Source of the DNA: Thermoplasmatota archaeon
GTDB taxonomy: Archaea; Thermoplasmatota; Penumbrarchaeia; Penumbrarchaeales; Penumbrarchaeaceae
Direction: 5' to 3'
Assembly (NCBI GenBank): GCA_016929175.1
Contig: JAFGJI010000031.1
Coordinates: forward strand, 1 to 31,933
Length of the DNA: 31,933 bases
The notes below the pieces were generated by a model. The model saw nothing but the letters and a program-made list of their open reading frames with translations, was not told where the DNA came from and ran no database searches. The position numbers and the translations under genes are program-made. Positions 17,943 through 27,587 of the stretch are shown in pieces (positions within the stretch are counted from its first letter, which is position 1; each line of letters begins with the position of its first letter).

Positions 17943-18089
17943 ACCTTATCATGGACTTATAGGGATAGAATGATTTCCCAAAATTCACTCTCAGACATTC
18001 AGAAAGCAATGTAGTATTGATCTAATGTTTTGGTGTTTTCAATATTGAGGGGGGGAGGATCATCAAGAAGTTGATGGACCAGGCCGGAC

Positions 18090-18749
18090 TCACTCGTTTT
18101 CGACCTTCTGCAGAAGCTGTATTATCATCCTTTCCGGGGCGGCCCCCTCCTGATGATACTTGTCGTTGATGACGGTCCTCGGGACCCCCATGACCTTGTA
18201 TTTCCCGGAAAGCTCCGGGAACTCCTGCGCTTCGACCATATCGGCCGTTATCTTCTCGCTCACCAGAGCCATGTGATGGGCCAGTACCACCGATCTCGGG
18301 CAATAGGGACATGTTGGGGTGACGAAGACCTGCATATGTACGTCCTTTGTCAGCCCCTTCAGGAACTTCTGCCCCTCCTCGGAGATGCCCGGGACACCGA
18401 TCGAAACGGTAAGTATGGCATCCAGAAGCGATGTGAACTCGTACCCTGCCGGTATCCCGAAGAACCTGATCCCGAGGTATTCGTTCTTCTCCTCGGTCCC
18501 TTTCATTATCAATATCGCGGGTGTCTTGTCCACGCCGTATCTCTTTGCTATCCCTTTGTCCTTCTCGATATCAAGATGCTTCACGGTGATATTCTTGGAA
18601 AGTGCCGAGATCTCCTCCACTATGGCAAGGGTTTCCTTGCATGCCATGCAGCCGTCCTCTGCCGTGAATACCAGTATATGCACCGGTCCCTTCATTTCCC
18701 CAAGGGCTCCTATCACATGTTCCCTGGTCTCCTTGTCCATCATTTCCAT
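18090..18749 (-). CDS. Protein disulfide oxidoreductase (PDO, two thioredoxin folds)
   Basis: CMAC and CPYC motifs; RFFGIPAGYEF and GVPR cis-Pro loops; GAGGTGA SD. Confidence 0.9.
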   Translation of the reverse strand: MEMMDKETREHVIGALGEMKGPVHILVFTAEDGCMACKETLAIVEEISALSKNITVKHLDIEKDKGIAKRYGVDKTPAILIMKGTEEKNEYLGIRFFGIPAGYEFTSLLDAILTVSIGVPGISEEGQKFLKGLTKDVHMQVFVTPTCPYCPRSVVLAHHMALVSEKITADMVEAQEFPELSGKYKVMGVPRTVINDKYHQEGAAPERMIIQLLQKVENE

Positions 18750-18837
18750 GTTCTTCTCACCTCAAGTATTTGATCTCGAGCAAAGGAAAAGATACCCTTT
18801 AATAACATTTGTGCATAAAAAAAACGGCCGAACCGTA

Positions 18838-19305
18838 TCAGGTCCGATCCCACATATCGTCCGGGAGCTCCCCGTAGAGTTCCTCCCCGTCCACATCCGG
18901 TATCAGAGAACCGATGTCTCCGCCGCATGTTCTCTGGCTTTCGGTAAGGTCGGCGATATATTTCTTTTTCAACGTCCAGTAGTTGATCCTCCACTCCCTT
19001 CCATCGTAGAGAGTGGTCTCCTCCCTCTCGGTCTTCAGGATTCCCAGGTCCTCGAGCATGTAGAAGATGTCCCTGTCATCCGTTTTGAGCATGTTGTCTA
19101 TGATACGCTCTCCGAAGCCGAAGAAGTTCAGCACATGTTCGGCCATCTCCTCGGCCACGCCCACCTCCAGGGAGCCCTCCTGGTTCTTCTTCTTGAAAGA
19201 CCTCTGGATCGCCGTGGTCAGAACGAAACGTGAAACTACGTCGCCCTTTCCTCCGCAGAAGTCCATCATCATTGGTTTTCCCAATACATCTTCTTTCAAT
19301 ACCAT
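18838..19305 (-). CDS. DUF6015-like conserved archaeal protein (winged-helix-like)
   Basis: AEHVLNFFGFGERIIDN..DRDIFYMLEDLGIL.TEREETTLYDGREWRINYW recognised from memory; the start codon is uncertain. Confidence 0.65.
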   Translation of the reverse strand: MVLKEDVLGKPMMMDFCGGKGDVVSRFVLTTAIQRSFKKKNQEGSLEVGVAEEMAEHVLNFFGFGERIIDNMLKTDDRDIFYMLEDLGILKTEREETTLYDGREWRINYWTLKKKYIADLTESQRTCGGDIGSLIPDVDGEELYGELPDDMWDRT

Positions 19306-19455
19306 GAGAATTCTGTCCCTTTGGATCTTTCAACTATATACCTTACCGTATGATTTTCTATCCTAATTAAAATTCCCCCTGTTCTCAATTGGAGCGAATG
19401 CGCGGACTAACTTTAAAAACACCTTTGGAACTGCTATGTCCGAGGGTGAGTGCAA

Positions 19456-20655
19456 ATGACGTTGCCGAAGCTCAGCGAGCAGACAGTAAGGGTAGTGGTT
19501 GTCGTCTTCTCCCTGGTGGGAATGGCGGTCCTCGGCATCATTGCGGCAGTGACGGAGGTGGAGAGGATACGCGTGGCGGAAGCAGCAGACCACTCCGGAG
19601 AACGGGTGGAAGTTGTTGGATCGGTAATAGGATCGGCAACATCGGCCTCGGGCTCCTCCTGGGTCCTGATAATGGAGGAAAATGTCACCATGGAGGTGTT
19701 CATAGAGAACGGAAGACCGGACATCGAGCCCGGAACGCTGATATCCGTTGAAGGGGAGATCACCATGATAGGAGGAGATCCTGTCCTAACTGTCCAGAAG
19801 GTGGAGGATATCCGGGTGGAGGAACGATCGACCGTTCAGATGTACGAAGGAAATGCAGTCCCTGGCATACCGTATTGCCTGAAGGTGATGGTACGATCCT
19901 CGACCCATACCGGATGGATCGACCAGGAAGTGGTGGCCATTCCACTCGGGGGGAACGGCCTGGAGGAGCTTCCCGTTTTCCTTACCGTCAACAGGCTGGA
20001 CATGGACCTGAGACCGGGGGATATACTTAACCTGACAGCCGTCTTCACAGGCCCAAGTTCGGGGATGGTCTATGGCGATCTCAACTGCGAGCTCCTGGCC
20101 CGGGCCGAGGTTCTGACCACGAGCCTGCTCTGGCTGGTGAACGAGATGAGGTCATCACCCTCATCGGCTCCTATAGATCCCATCACGCTGGAGGGGTATA
20201 TCAAATACCCTCCGGGAGGAAAGACCGTGTACATATCGGAGATGGTGGAGGGAGGTGAGATCTCCGTCAGGGTCAGACTGCCGCAGGAGCGGTCCGATAT
20301 CTCAATGGGTGACCTCGTCAGGCTTTTCAACTGTTCCTTCTCATGGGATGTGGAGGGAATGAGAATGGAGCTGATCGCAGAAGAAAGTGAAATACTGGAT
20401 GTCCACGGTCCCTGGAGGCTCAACCTCGGGTCGATGGAGTGGGGGCTTCTGGATTTCGTGGACTGCAGGGTTGTAATTTCCGGGGCTGTCGAGGTGGCAG
20501 GGAACAGTACCAGGATAGTTCAGGACGGGGTCTCTCTCGAGGTCAGGAACTATACAGGTCCGATCGGTTACGGTGATACGAAGGTTACTGGAAAGCTGCT
20601 TTATGATGAGGTCATGAACACCCTTTATCTGGAGTCGGAGGCGGTCGCCTCGTGA
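19456..20655 (+). CDS. N-terminally membrane-anchored protein with about four tandem OB-fold-like domains
   Basis: A single TM (VVVVVFSLVGMAVLGIIAAV) precedes four ~90-aa beta-rich units, each with a G[DT]..V.V.G-type motif (IEPGTLISVEGEI, LRPGDILNLTAVF, ISMGDLVRLFN, IGYGDTKVTGKL). GAGGGTGA SD. Confidence 0.7.
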   Translation: MTLPKLSEQTVRVVVVVFSLVGMAVLGIIAAVTEVERIRVAEAADHSGERVEVVGSVIGSATSASGSSWVLIMEENVTMEVFIENGRPDIEPGTLISVEGEITMIGGDPVLTVQKVEDIRVEERSTVQMYEGNAVPGIPYCLKVMVRSSTHTGWIDQEVVAIPLGGNGLEELPVFLTVNRLDMDLRPGDILNLTAVFTGPSSGMVYGDLNCELLARAEVLTTSLLWLVNEMRSSPSSAPIDPITLEGYIKYPPGGKTVYISEMVEGGEISVRVRLPQERSDISMGDLVRLFNCSFSWDVEGMRMELIAEESEILDVHGPWRLNLGSMEWGLLDFVDCRVVISGAVEVAGNSTRIVQDGVSLEVRNYTGPIGYGDTKVTGKLLYDEVMNTLYLESEAVAS

Positions 20656-22010
20656 TCGACACGATATTGCTGATCCTTCTCGGGGCCCTTGCGGGGACAG
20701 GTTTCGGGGTGATGACGGGTCTGATCCCCGGCGTACACGTGAACAACGTGGCCATTGTCCTGCTTGGACTGAGCCCGATCATCTCCTCCGCTCTCCAGGA
20801 CCTCACGGGACTTGGACAGACCGAGGCCATGCTCATGGTCGCCTCCGCCATAGTGGCCACTTCTATGGCCCACACTTTCCTCGATTTCATACCATCGACC
20901 TTCCTTGGTGCCCCTGAGGCTGAAACCGCGCTGTCGGTCCTTCCTGCCCATGGGATGCTCCTGGAAGGGAACGGTTACAGTGCGATCTTCCTATCCGCGG
21001 TGGGCTCCTTCGGGGCCATAGTGGCAGGGACCCTTCTTCTGATACCCTACAGTCTTCTGGTCAATGATCCGATAAACGGATACCAGCTTCTGAAAGAGGT
21101 GATGGTATGGGTCCTGATAGGAGTTGTGGTCCTTATGCTTGTGACCGAGACAAAGAAGGTCCCGTATATTCCTTACCGCACGGGGGATGGAAAGTTGATA
21201 TGGTCGGAGGGCAGGTTCTCATCGGTCCTTGGCGTTCTCGGGGCATTCCTTCTCTTTTTGACATCCGGTCTGCTGGGGCTCATAGCTCTCGACCTCGAAC
21301 TGAGCTCCCCCTTCGGACTTCCGGCAACCTCTCTCTTTCCCCTGCTGTCAGGTCTCTTCGGGACATCCACCCTGCTGGAATCACTCAGAGGGGGCGCCAC
21401 GGTACCGTTGCAGAGGATAGAGAAGCAATCGGTGGACCCTGCAGAAGCCGTGTCCTCCATCACTTCAGGCTCGATAGCTGGTTCGATCGTAGGCTTTCTG
21501 CCTGGAATGAGCGGCGGTGTTGCCACCGTGATAGCCATGATATTCAGGAAGGAGCCCAAGCCAAGCTCGGTCATACTGACACTCTCGGCCATCAACACGG
21601 CCAATTCGTTCTTCGTTCTCGGGGCGCTTTTTTTAATACTGAGGCCGCGTTCGGGAGCTGCCATCGTTGTGAATGAACTTGTGAACGTGAGGGAATGGAG
21701 CGACATGCTCCCTCCATCCGAGCTCTCCCTCCTGCTGATGTCGGCCCTCCTCGCTTCATGCCTGGGGTTCTTCCTCACCCTCATTCTCGGATCAAAACTG
21801 GCCAATATCATGCCCCGTCTTCCATACAGCAAGGTGGCCTGGAGCATAATCATCCTTATCGCATTGATGGTCCTTGCCTTTACGGGCCCTATTGGCCTCC
21901 TGGTGCTTGCCGTATCGACATCGCTCGGCATGATGGCACCCTTGACCGGGATCAGAAGGTCGCACGCCATGGGTGTTCTTCTGCTTCCAGTCATCACAAT
22001 GATATGGTAG
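20652..22010 (+). CDS. DUF112 / TctA-like (tripartite tricarboxylate transporter-like) integral membrane protein
   Basis: GLIPGVHVN, FLDFIPSTFLGAP, VLPAHGMLLEGNG motifs; second-half repeat GFLPGMSG; many hydrophobic segments; GTGA overlap with the OB-fold gene. Confidence 0.85.
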   Translation: MIDTILLILLGALAGTGFGVMTGLIPGVHVNNVAIVLLGLSPIISSALQDLTGLGQTEAMLMVASAIVATSMAHTFLDFIPSTFLGAPEAETALSVLPAHGMLLEGNGYSAIFLSAVGSFGAIVAGTLLLIPYSLLVNDPINGYQLLKEVMVWVLIGVVVLMLVTETKKVPYIPYRTGDGKLIWSEGRFSSVLGVLGAFLLFLTSGLLGLIALDLELSSPFGLPATSLFPLLSGLFGTSTLLESLRGGATVPLQRIEKQSVDPAEAVSSITSGSIAGSIVGFLPGMSGGVATVIAMIFRKEPKPSSVILTLSAINTANSFFVLGALFLILRPRSGAAIVVNELVNVREWSDMLPPSELSLLLMSALLASCLGFFLTLILGSKLANIMPRLPYSKVAWSIIILIALMVLAFTGPIGLLVLAVSTSLGMMAPLTGIRRSHAMGVLLLPVITMIW

Positions 22011-22042
22011 GTTGTTTGAAAAAAATTCTGGATGACCAGGTC

Positions 22043-24649
22043 TCATGATATCGAGGTCATTCTGCTGTAGCAGTCCTTACCGATCTCCAATGCCTTGATG
22101 TACTGCTTCTGGATCACAAGGTCCTGGATCTTCTCGATATCCTTTTTGTATTCCTCTGTCTCCATTCCCTTGGAATGCATTCTCGTGATCTCAACCTTGA
22201 TCTTTGGGATCAGCGTGAAGAGCTCGGTCCGGGCCTGTTCGTCCTCGGAGAACGCTCCCCTTCGTAAGCTGTTCAAAGAGGTCATTCCATCCCTGGCATC
22301 CGGTCCCCGGTACTGGTCTTCCATGATGGTGCTTACCATCTCCTTCTTCAGCTGTTCGGGCGAAGCCATCAGGAGTGCATTGACCTCATGGTCCATCTCG
22401 GTAAGTGCTTTCTCTGCATTCGGGGCGTCGAGGGAATCTATCAATGCAGTGATGTTCGATATCCTCTGCTTGAAACCGTCCACGGTCACACCCGATCTCT
22501 CGAGCCTGGCGATCTTTCCCTTCTGTGCCAGCAGGTTGCCCCCGAGTTTGTCCATTTTGTCCTGGAGTATCATCCTTTCCGATATCTTTTTTAAGAGTTT
22601 CTCGGTCACACGGGAGAGTAGCTCATTGGCTCCATTGACGTCTCCCACCTCCCTCAAGACCCTGGACTTGGTGAGTATTGCCTTGTATTGGGACACTTCC
22701 ATGCCGATCTGTCTGCCCTGCTTGATCAAGTCTGACATCTGGATTATAAGGTCCTGTGCTTTGAAGGCAGATGCCTTTCTTGCAAGCGATTCCCGGAAAC
22801 CGGTGAGATCCTCAAGGGCATCCCGGATCCTCCCCTCGTCGGCAAGTGAGTATGCTGCCGATATCTTTTCGTTGACATCCCCCATCTCCGATCCATGTTC
22901 CTTGCATTGGGAAGCCAGATCGCGTATCTCGATCTCCAGGGAAGAGAACATCCTCCGGGTCATCCGATCTTCAAGTTCAACCTGCGCTTCGATGTAAAGG
23001 TCAACTGCCTTTTCAGGCTCCTTTGCCTTGACCAGTTCGTTCGCTCTTGAGAGCTTTTCCCTTGATGATGAGACATCCACCTCAAGGGCATCGGCTTCCA
23101 TGATCATTTCCTCGACGATCTGCTTTCTCTTGTCGACCGTCCTGTACAACAGGCGTGGGTCGATCTTGTCCAGGAGTCTTTCGGAAGCTCTCACGGCCTT
23201 CTCGTACTTTCGGTCAAGGTAAAATGATCGCATCTCATCCAGCTCATTTTCAAGGTCCTTGACGTCCTGACCTCCTTCCGTGAGCTCCTTCATCTTGTCC
23301 ATTATCTTTGTGAGGTTCTTTTGGTATTCTATCTTGATCTCTTCATTTGATATGTAAACGAGCCTCTGATCTATCACGGTCATGATCTTCTCCAAAAGTT
23401 GCATATTATGGTCTTTCAAGGATCTCAGGGCTTCGTTAACCGGGCCTTTGAGGGGAGTGATATCCAGCCCTTTCTTGTGCATGACCGCCATCGATCTCTT
23501 GATCTCTTCCATCCTCAAGGTCGCGAATTCGAATGCCTTTTCCTCCTTCAGTCGGGAGAGCTCGGACTCGGCCCCATTTACCAAAATATAGGCTTCATCC
23601 ATTGCTCCATCCATAACAAGCCCGTCAGCCCTTTCCAGGATGTTCAGGACTGCTGATGGATCGATCAACTTGACGATATCCTCCGCCGTGCTTCTAAGTT
23701 CGGATATCTTCTTCTGTATTTCCTTGACGGGTTTCTCCTCGATCTCTGTAGCTTCGGAGGCCACTCTGTCCAGGAAGGTCTTCATGGCCGCCAGCGCCTC
23801 TTTAGGGTCCTCCCGTGCCATCTCGATGATCGAATCCTGCTTCTTCTTCAGGTCCAGGTAAAGCTTTGAACCTGTCCCCTCAGATGCCTCGATCTTGCCC
23901 ATCAGAGGCGCGACCGAAAGGAGAAGGGCTTCCAGTTTCCTGAATTCCGCGACATTACTCTCCGATCCAACTCTGGAAGCGAGGTCCCGGCTCTTTTCCC
24001 AGGCGTCGATTAGATCCCCATCGAACAGAAACCTCCTGACCTCACCAAGCTCTTCTCTCAGGGAGGTCGTATCCAGCTCTGATGAGATCTCGTTGATCAT
24101 TTCTTCGACCTTTGACAGGGATCTGTTGGTCTTCATGGTAAGGTCTTCGGTCAGCACTTTATGGAGGTTTTCCGCTTCATTCTGGATATCCTTCAATGAT
24201 GAGAGAACATTCTTCATCCCTTCGGGATCAGCATCCTTCTGGCGCTTGAGGCATTCCGAGAACCTCTCTTCTATTTCCCTGATCCTTTCCAATTCACCGG
24301 CTCTTTTGAAATCGTTCATCAGCACTCTAAACTTGCCGTTGATGCCCGTGATGCTCTCTTTGATCTTTTCCTGATCGGAAGGGGTTTCATCCTTAACGAC
24401 CCGGGTGGCGCCCATTTCTGCTTTAATGGTCTTTTCCTCGAGCTTTTTCAGTATTTGCTCGAACTTTTCAAAGGCTTCATCGACCTTTTGCTCATCGTTC
24501 ACTCTCGATATGACTTGTTCCAGGTCCTTGAAGATCTCCCTGGCCCTCTTCGTATCGGCAACTTTCTCTTCCAGTTTGCCGATACGCAGGTATAGGGCCT
24601 CCATCCTATCCGAATGTGTTGCCTTTGTGTCCTTTGCCATCTGGATCAT
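22043..24649 (-). CDS. Soluble all-helical tandem-repeat protein, 868 aa, unknown function
   Basis: E/K/L-rich; no signal peptide, TM or Walker motif; recurring G-x-[DE]-[VIT] turn every 63-71 aa. The start could be ATG 24640. Confidence 0.8.
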   Translation of the reverse strand: MIQMAKDTKATHSDRMEALYLRIGKLEEKVADTKRAREIFKDLEQVISRVNDEQKVDEAFEKFEQILKKLEEKTIKAEMGATRVVKDETPSDQEKIKESITGINGKFRVLMNDFKRAGELERIREIEERFSECLKRQKDADPEGMKNVLSSLKDIQNEAENLHKVLTEDLTMKTNRSLSKVEEMINEISSELDTTSLREELGEVRRFLFDGDLIDAWEKSRDLASRVGSESNVAEFRKLEALLLSVAPLMGKIEASEGTGSKLYLDLKKKQDSIIEMAREDPKEALAAMKTFLDRVASEATEIEEKPVKEIQKKISELRSTAEDIVKLIDPSAVLNILERADGLVMDGAMDEAYILVNGAESELSRLKEEKAFEFATLRMEEIKRSMAVMHKKGLDITPLKGPVNEALRSLKDHNMQLLEKIMTVIDQRLVYISNEEIKIEYQKNLTKIMDKMKELTEGGQDVKDLENELDEMRSFYLDRKYEKAVRASERLLDKIDPRLLYRTVDKRKQIVEEMIMEADALEVDVSSSREKLSRANELVKAKEPEKAVDLYIEAQVELEDRMTRRMFSSLEIEIRDLASQCKEHGSEMGDVNEKISAAYSLADEGRIRDALEDLTGFRESLARKASAFKAQDLIIQMSDLIKQGRQIGMEVSQYKAILTKSRVLREVGDVNGANELLSRVTEKLLKKISERMILQDKMDKLGGNLLAQKGKIARLERSGVTVDGFKQRISNITALIDSLDAPNAEKALTEMDHEVNALLMASPEQLKKEMVSTIMEDQYRGPDARDGMTSLNSLRRGAFSEDEQARTELFTLIPKIKVEITRMHSKGMETEEYKKDIEKIQDLVIQKQYIKALEIGKDCYSRMTSIS

Positions 24650-24735
24650 CCAACCCTTCTAGTTGCCGACCATTCATTAAATGGACTGGATTTTATAGGT
24701 CATACCCTTTCTTTGATATTTAAGTTATGATATGA

Positions 24736-27513
24736 CTATTCCCCGATGGAAGTATTCCCCTCATTGCCTTCGGAGCTTATGGTGTGTTCTATTATATGGG
24801 CCCCCTCACTGGTATTTTTACCCAGCCCGGCCTTCGGCAGCGAGGAAACGGGAACGCCTGAACCTTTTTCATCATGCCCTTCCGGAGGGGCCGTGCCGTA
24901 GAGGTCCTGGTAGGATGCGGGTTTTGCACCCTCATTTTCGACCTCCTTGTCGAACAGGTCCTTCCCTTCCTCCCTCATCTTCCTGACATGATCTATGAAC
25001 TCCTGTTCCTCCTTCTTCTTCTCTTTGGCCTGCTTCCTTGCGAAATAGAATGCAGCAAGGCCGATCAGGATTAGCAGAACGACCAGGGCTATGACCACCC
25101 CGATCTTGGTCGATGTTGAGATATCAGCCAGGTTCGATCCCCCTCCGCCTCCCGAAGAGCCCTCTGGCTTGATCGGACCGACAACAAGCGCTCCTTCTCC
25201 AGCCGTATCGGACATCTCGTACCTTTCCACCATGCCCATCGATTCTCTGTAGGGCACTGCATGCTCGGATACGGCGAAGAGGGAAAAGTTCAAGGGGTCG
25301 ATCGGCAGGTCCAGTCCTCCTTCCACGAGTTCCGTAAAGGGGATCAGCCACACGATCGACCTTTGATCGATAATGGTACCGGTGCTCATATTGTGGAGGG
25401 CAGGATCCCCCAGATATTGCCTTTGGGCAATGATATCTCCATCGAATGGATGCCTGTCGGGAACCTGTGCCCATTCACTGATGTTCTGAAGGTCCATTAC
25501 ACCCTCGGAATATCCGGGTTCAAGTACGTATATGAAATATCTGAAGGTGCCGTCGATCTGTATGGAGTCCTTGACGCTGAGAGTGACCTCGAGGTCGTTC
25601 CCTCTCCTTCGACACACAAGGGAGGTTATGTCCACTCCCGCTTTTTCCAGCTTTTCCACCTTGAACTTTTTCTCGTCATCGGCGGAATTTGGCCTCCAGC
25701 TCTCCCCGAACTTCACGACATCTCCGGAAATATCCGGAAAGCTCTTCACGAGATCATCTTTTGACAGGTCCTCGGGTTTCTCGAGGAACAGTAGGATGGT
25801 GGCAGTGCTTGTCAGGCGGCCGTCGGAGACCGTGAGCCTGACCGTACGGTTCCCGTAGATGCCTGTTGCGTATACATGCGAGGAGGTGCGGCCCTGGCTT
25901 GTTCTCCCATCACCCCATTCCCATGTAAAGGTGAGAACATCACCGTCCGGGTCCGCTCCGATCACGGCTTCCGCATGGACCTCTTCGCCGGGGAGAACGG
26001 ATCCGGGGTCAACCCCGGTGACCTTGATCTGGGGTGTTGGAGGTCTCTCGTTGACGGCTTCTATCCTGAGGTGTATATCGATCACAACGATGTCATGTGT
26101 ATCGGACATCTGAAGATCGAACATGTAATCTCCGACATCCTCCTGCACTGCTTCTATGGTCATGGTCCCGTTAACGGGATTTATTTCCAGGAAATCGAAC
26201 GTCTCGTTGGATGCGAAGAATATCCGTGAGATGGGGTCGTCCTCATCATCATAGGTCAATTTATAGATCTTTATCTCGTCCTCGTAGGCGAACATGTTGA
26301 ATACCCCGCCCTTGTATTGTGCTTCACCGATCTTTTCCATGTAGGGAAGGTCGTTGACCGAGGTCACATTGACCGTGATACTGTCGGTGATATTGCCGTC
26401 TGGGTCACTGCAGCGAAAGGTGAGGACCTCGTCCCCGTACCAGTTGTGATGCGGGACCACGCTGACATTGACAGCTACCACTTCCCTTGCAAGGTTTGTG
26501 GTGTAGACGAACTGTATGTCAAGGTTTTCTGGTTCATCGACGAGCTCGAACTCGAGATCATCGCCATTTGGCTCCATGAAATGTCTTGTCAGGTTTATAT
26601 TGGGGAACAGAGGTTGGTCCTCGCTGGTCCTCGCCATTGTCCATGGGTCCGAGGGGTTTACCATGGGCTTGGTCAGATGCGACCACAGTACGATCTCCAG
26701 ATTGTACGGTTTCTTCGATGTGGGGTAGCCCCCTCTCGTTGAAAGTCGGACATAGACCCGGAGTATGATCTCAATGGGTTCGCCGCCATCGTTTGTGAAG
26801 ATGTAGGACCCCCCGCTTCCGAGTTCGGCGAACATGAAATAGGTCTCGTTGAGTACCTGAAGCTTGAATGTCAGATCGCCCTCGAATACGATCGTGGCTT
26901 CCAGGGACCGCTCCGATGGTACGGATATATGGAAATAATCCACCATATCCTTAGAGGGGTCCAGGTAGTTCGCCACATCGACCGAATCGGAGAACCCGAT
27001 CCCCGGAGGAACGTTGTTCTTATCGTAGGGACGGTTGTCAACGTTCATGTTTCCCCCCTGATATACCTCGTAGGAGGAGCTGCTTCCCCTGGGATCGGTC
27101 ATTACAAGCAGGAAATAATCCCCGTCCCTGGGAACGATGAACGCAAGCTCCTCGATAGCACCTTCAGAATAGATCTCCCCCATGACCAGTCCGTTGGGCT
27201 CCATCAGGATGCCTTTGACATTCGCGCCGCTCGTCCTCTTCAATCCGATGGAGTACTCCTGGGCTTTCAGCTGGTCGTTCTCCGTATCCCCGATCAGGTC
27301 AAGGATGCGGTACCAATCCTCGGTATCACTGGCGTCAAGATAGCCCGAGAAAGGGTTCGTATCGAAATACAGGTCCTCGGCATCCTCCATGGAATTGTTG
27401 GGCTCGGCCCTTGTGGGCGGGTCCGCGGTTCCCGGTGGAACGGAATTCATCAGGAGGAGGATCAGAGCGGTCGAAGCCGTGATGAGCGCCCAAGTACGTT
27501 TTCCGAATAACAG
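24736..27513 (-). CDS. Modular surface protein: two PPC-like domains, tandem-95/cadherin-like Ig repeats, PKD domain, membrane-proximal domain, TM and acidic cytoplasmic tail
   Basis: LDASDTEDWYRI and LDPSKDMVDYFHI (PPC-like); NWYGDEVLTF and VNDLP; PKD motif TFTWEWGDG..SHVY; TM followed by RKQAKEKKKE. The first ATG (27450) truncates the signal peptide; a CTG start at 27513 is proposed. Confidence 0.8.
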   Translation of the reverse strand: MLFGKRTWALITASTALILLLMNSVPPGTADPPTRAEPNNSMEDAEDLYFDTNPFSGYLDASDTEDWYRILDLIGDTENDQLKAQEYSIGLKRTSGANVKGILMEPNGLVMGEIYSEGAIEELAFIVPRDGDYFLLVMTDPRGSSSSYEVYQGGNMNVDNRPYDKNNVPPGIGFSDSVDVANYLDPSKDMVDYFHISVPSERSLEATIVFEGDLTFKLQVLNETYFMFAELGSGGSYIFTNDGGEPIEIILRVYVRLSTRGGYPTSKKPYNLEIVLWSHLTKPMVNPSDPWTMARTSEDQPLFPNINLTRHFMEPNGDDLEFELVDEPENLDIQFVYTTNLAREVVAVNVSVVPHHNWYGDEVLTFRCSDPDGNITDSITVNVTSVNDLPYMEKIGEAQYKGGVFNMFAYEDEIKIYKLTYDDEDDPISRIFFASNETFDFLEINPVNGTMTIEAVQEDVGDYMFDLQMSDTHDIVVIDIHLRIEAVNERPPTPQIKVTGVDPGSVLPGEEVHAEAVIGADPDGDVLTFTWEWGDGRTSQGRTSSHVYATGIYGNRTVRLTVSDGRLTSTATILLFLEKPEDLSKDDLVKSFPDISGDVVKFGESWRPNSADDEKKFKVEKLEKAGVDITSLVCRRRGNDLEVTLSVKDSIQIDGTFRYFIYVLEPGYSEGVMDLQNISEWAQVPDRHPFDGDIIAQRQYLGDPALHNMSTGTIIDQRSIVWLIPFTELVEGGLDLPIDPLNFSLFAVSEHAVPYRESMGMVERYEMSDTAGEGALVVGPIKPEGSSGGGGGSNLADISTSTKIGVVIALVVLLILIGLAAFYFARKQAKEKKKEEQEFIDHVRKMREEGKDLFDKEVENEGAKPASYQDLYGTAPPEGHDEKGSGVPVSSLPKAGLGKNTSEGAHIIEHTISSEGNEGNTSIGE

Positions 27514-27587
27514 AATATCACCCCGGGACGGGATAGGTTATCTGTTCACTGGTATAAATAGTGTAATTTGAAGGACAGGGAATGTAC

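Noticed and set aside
18319-19233. 304-aa + strand ORF
   Set aside because: Antisense to two well-supported genes (PDO and DUF6015-like).
22095-22997. 300-aa + strand ORF and neighbouring antisense ORFs
   Set aside because: Ser/Ile/Phe-rich mirror of an E/K-rich gene on the - strand.
22043-24649. SMC/Rad50 annotation
   Set aside because: No Walker A/B, signature motif, hinge or CxxC hook.
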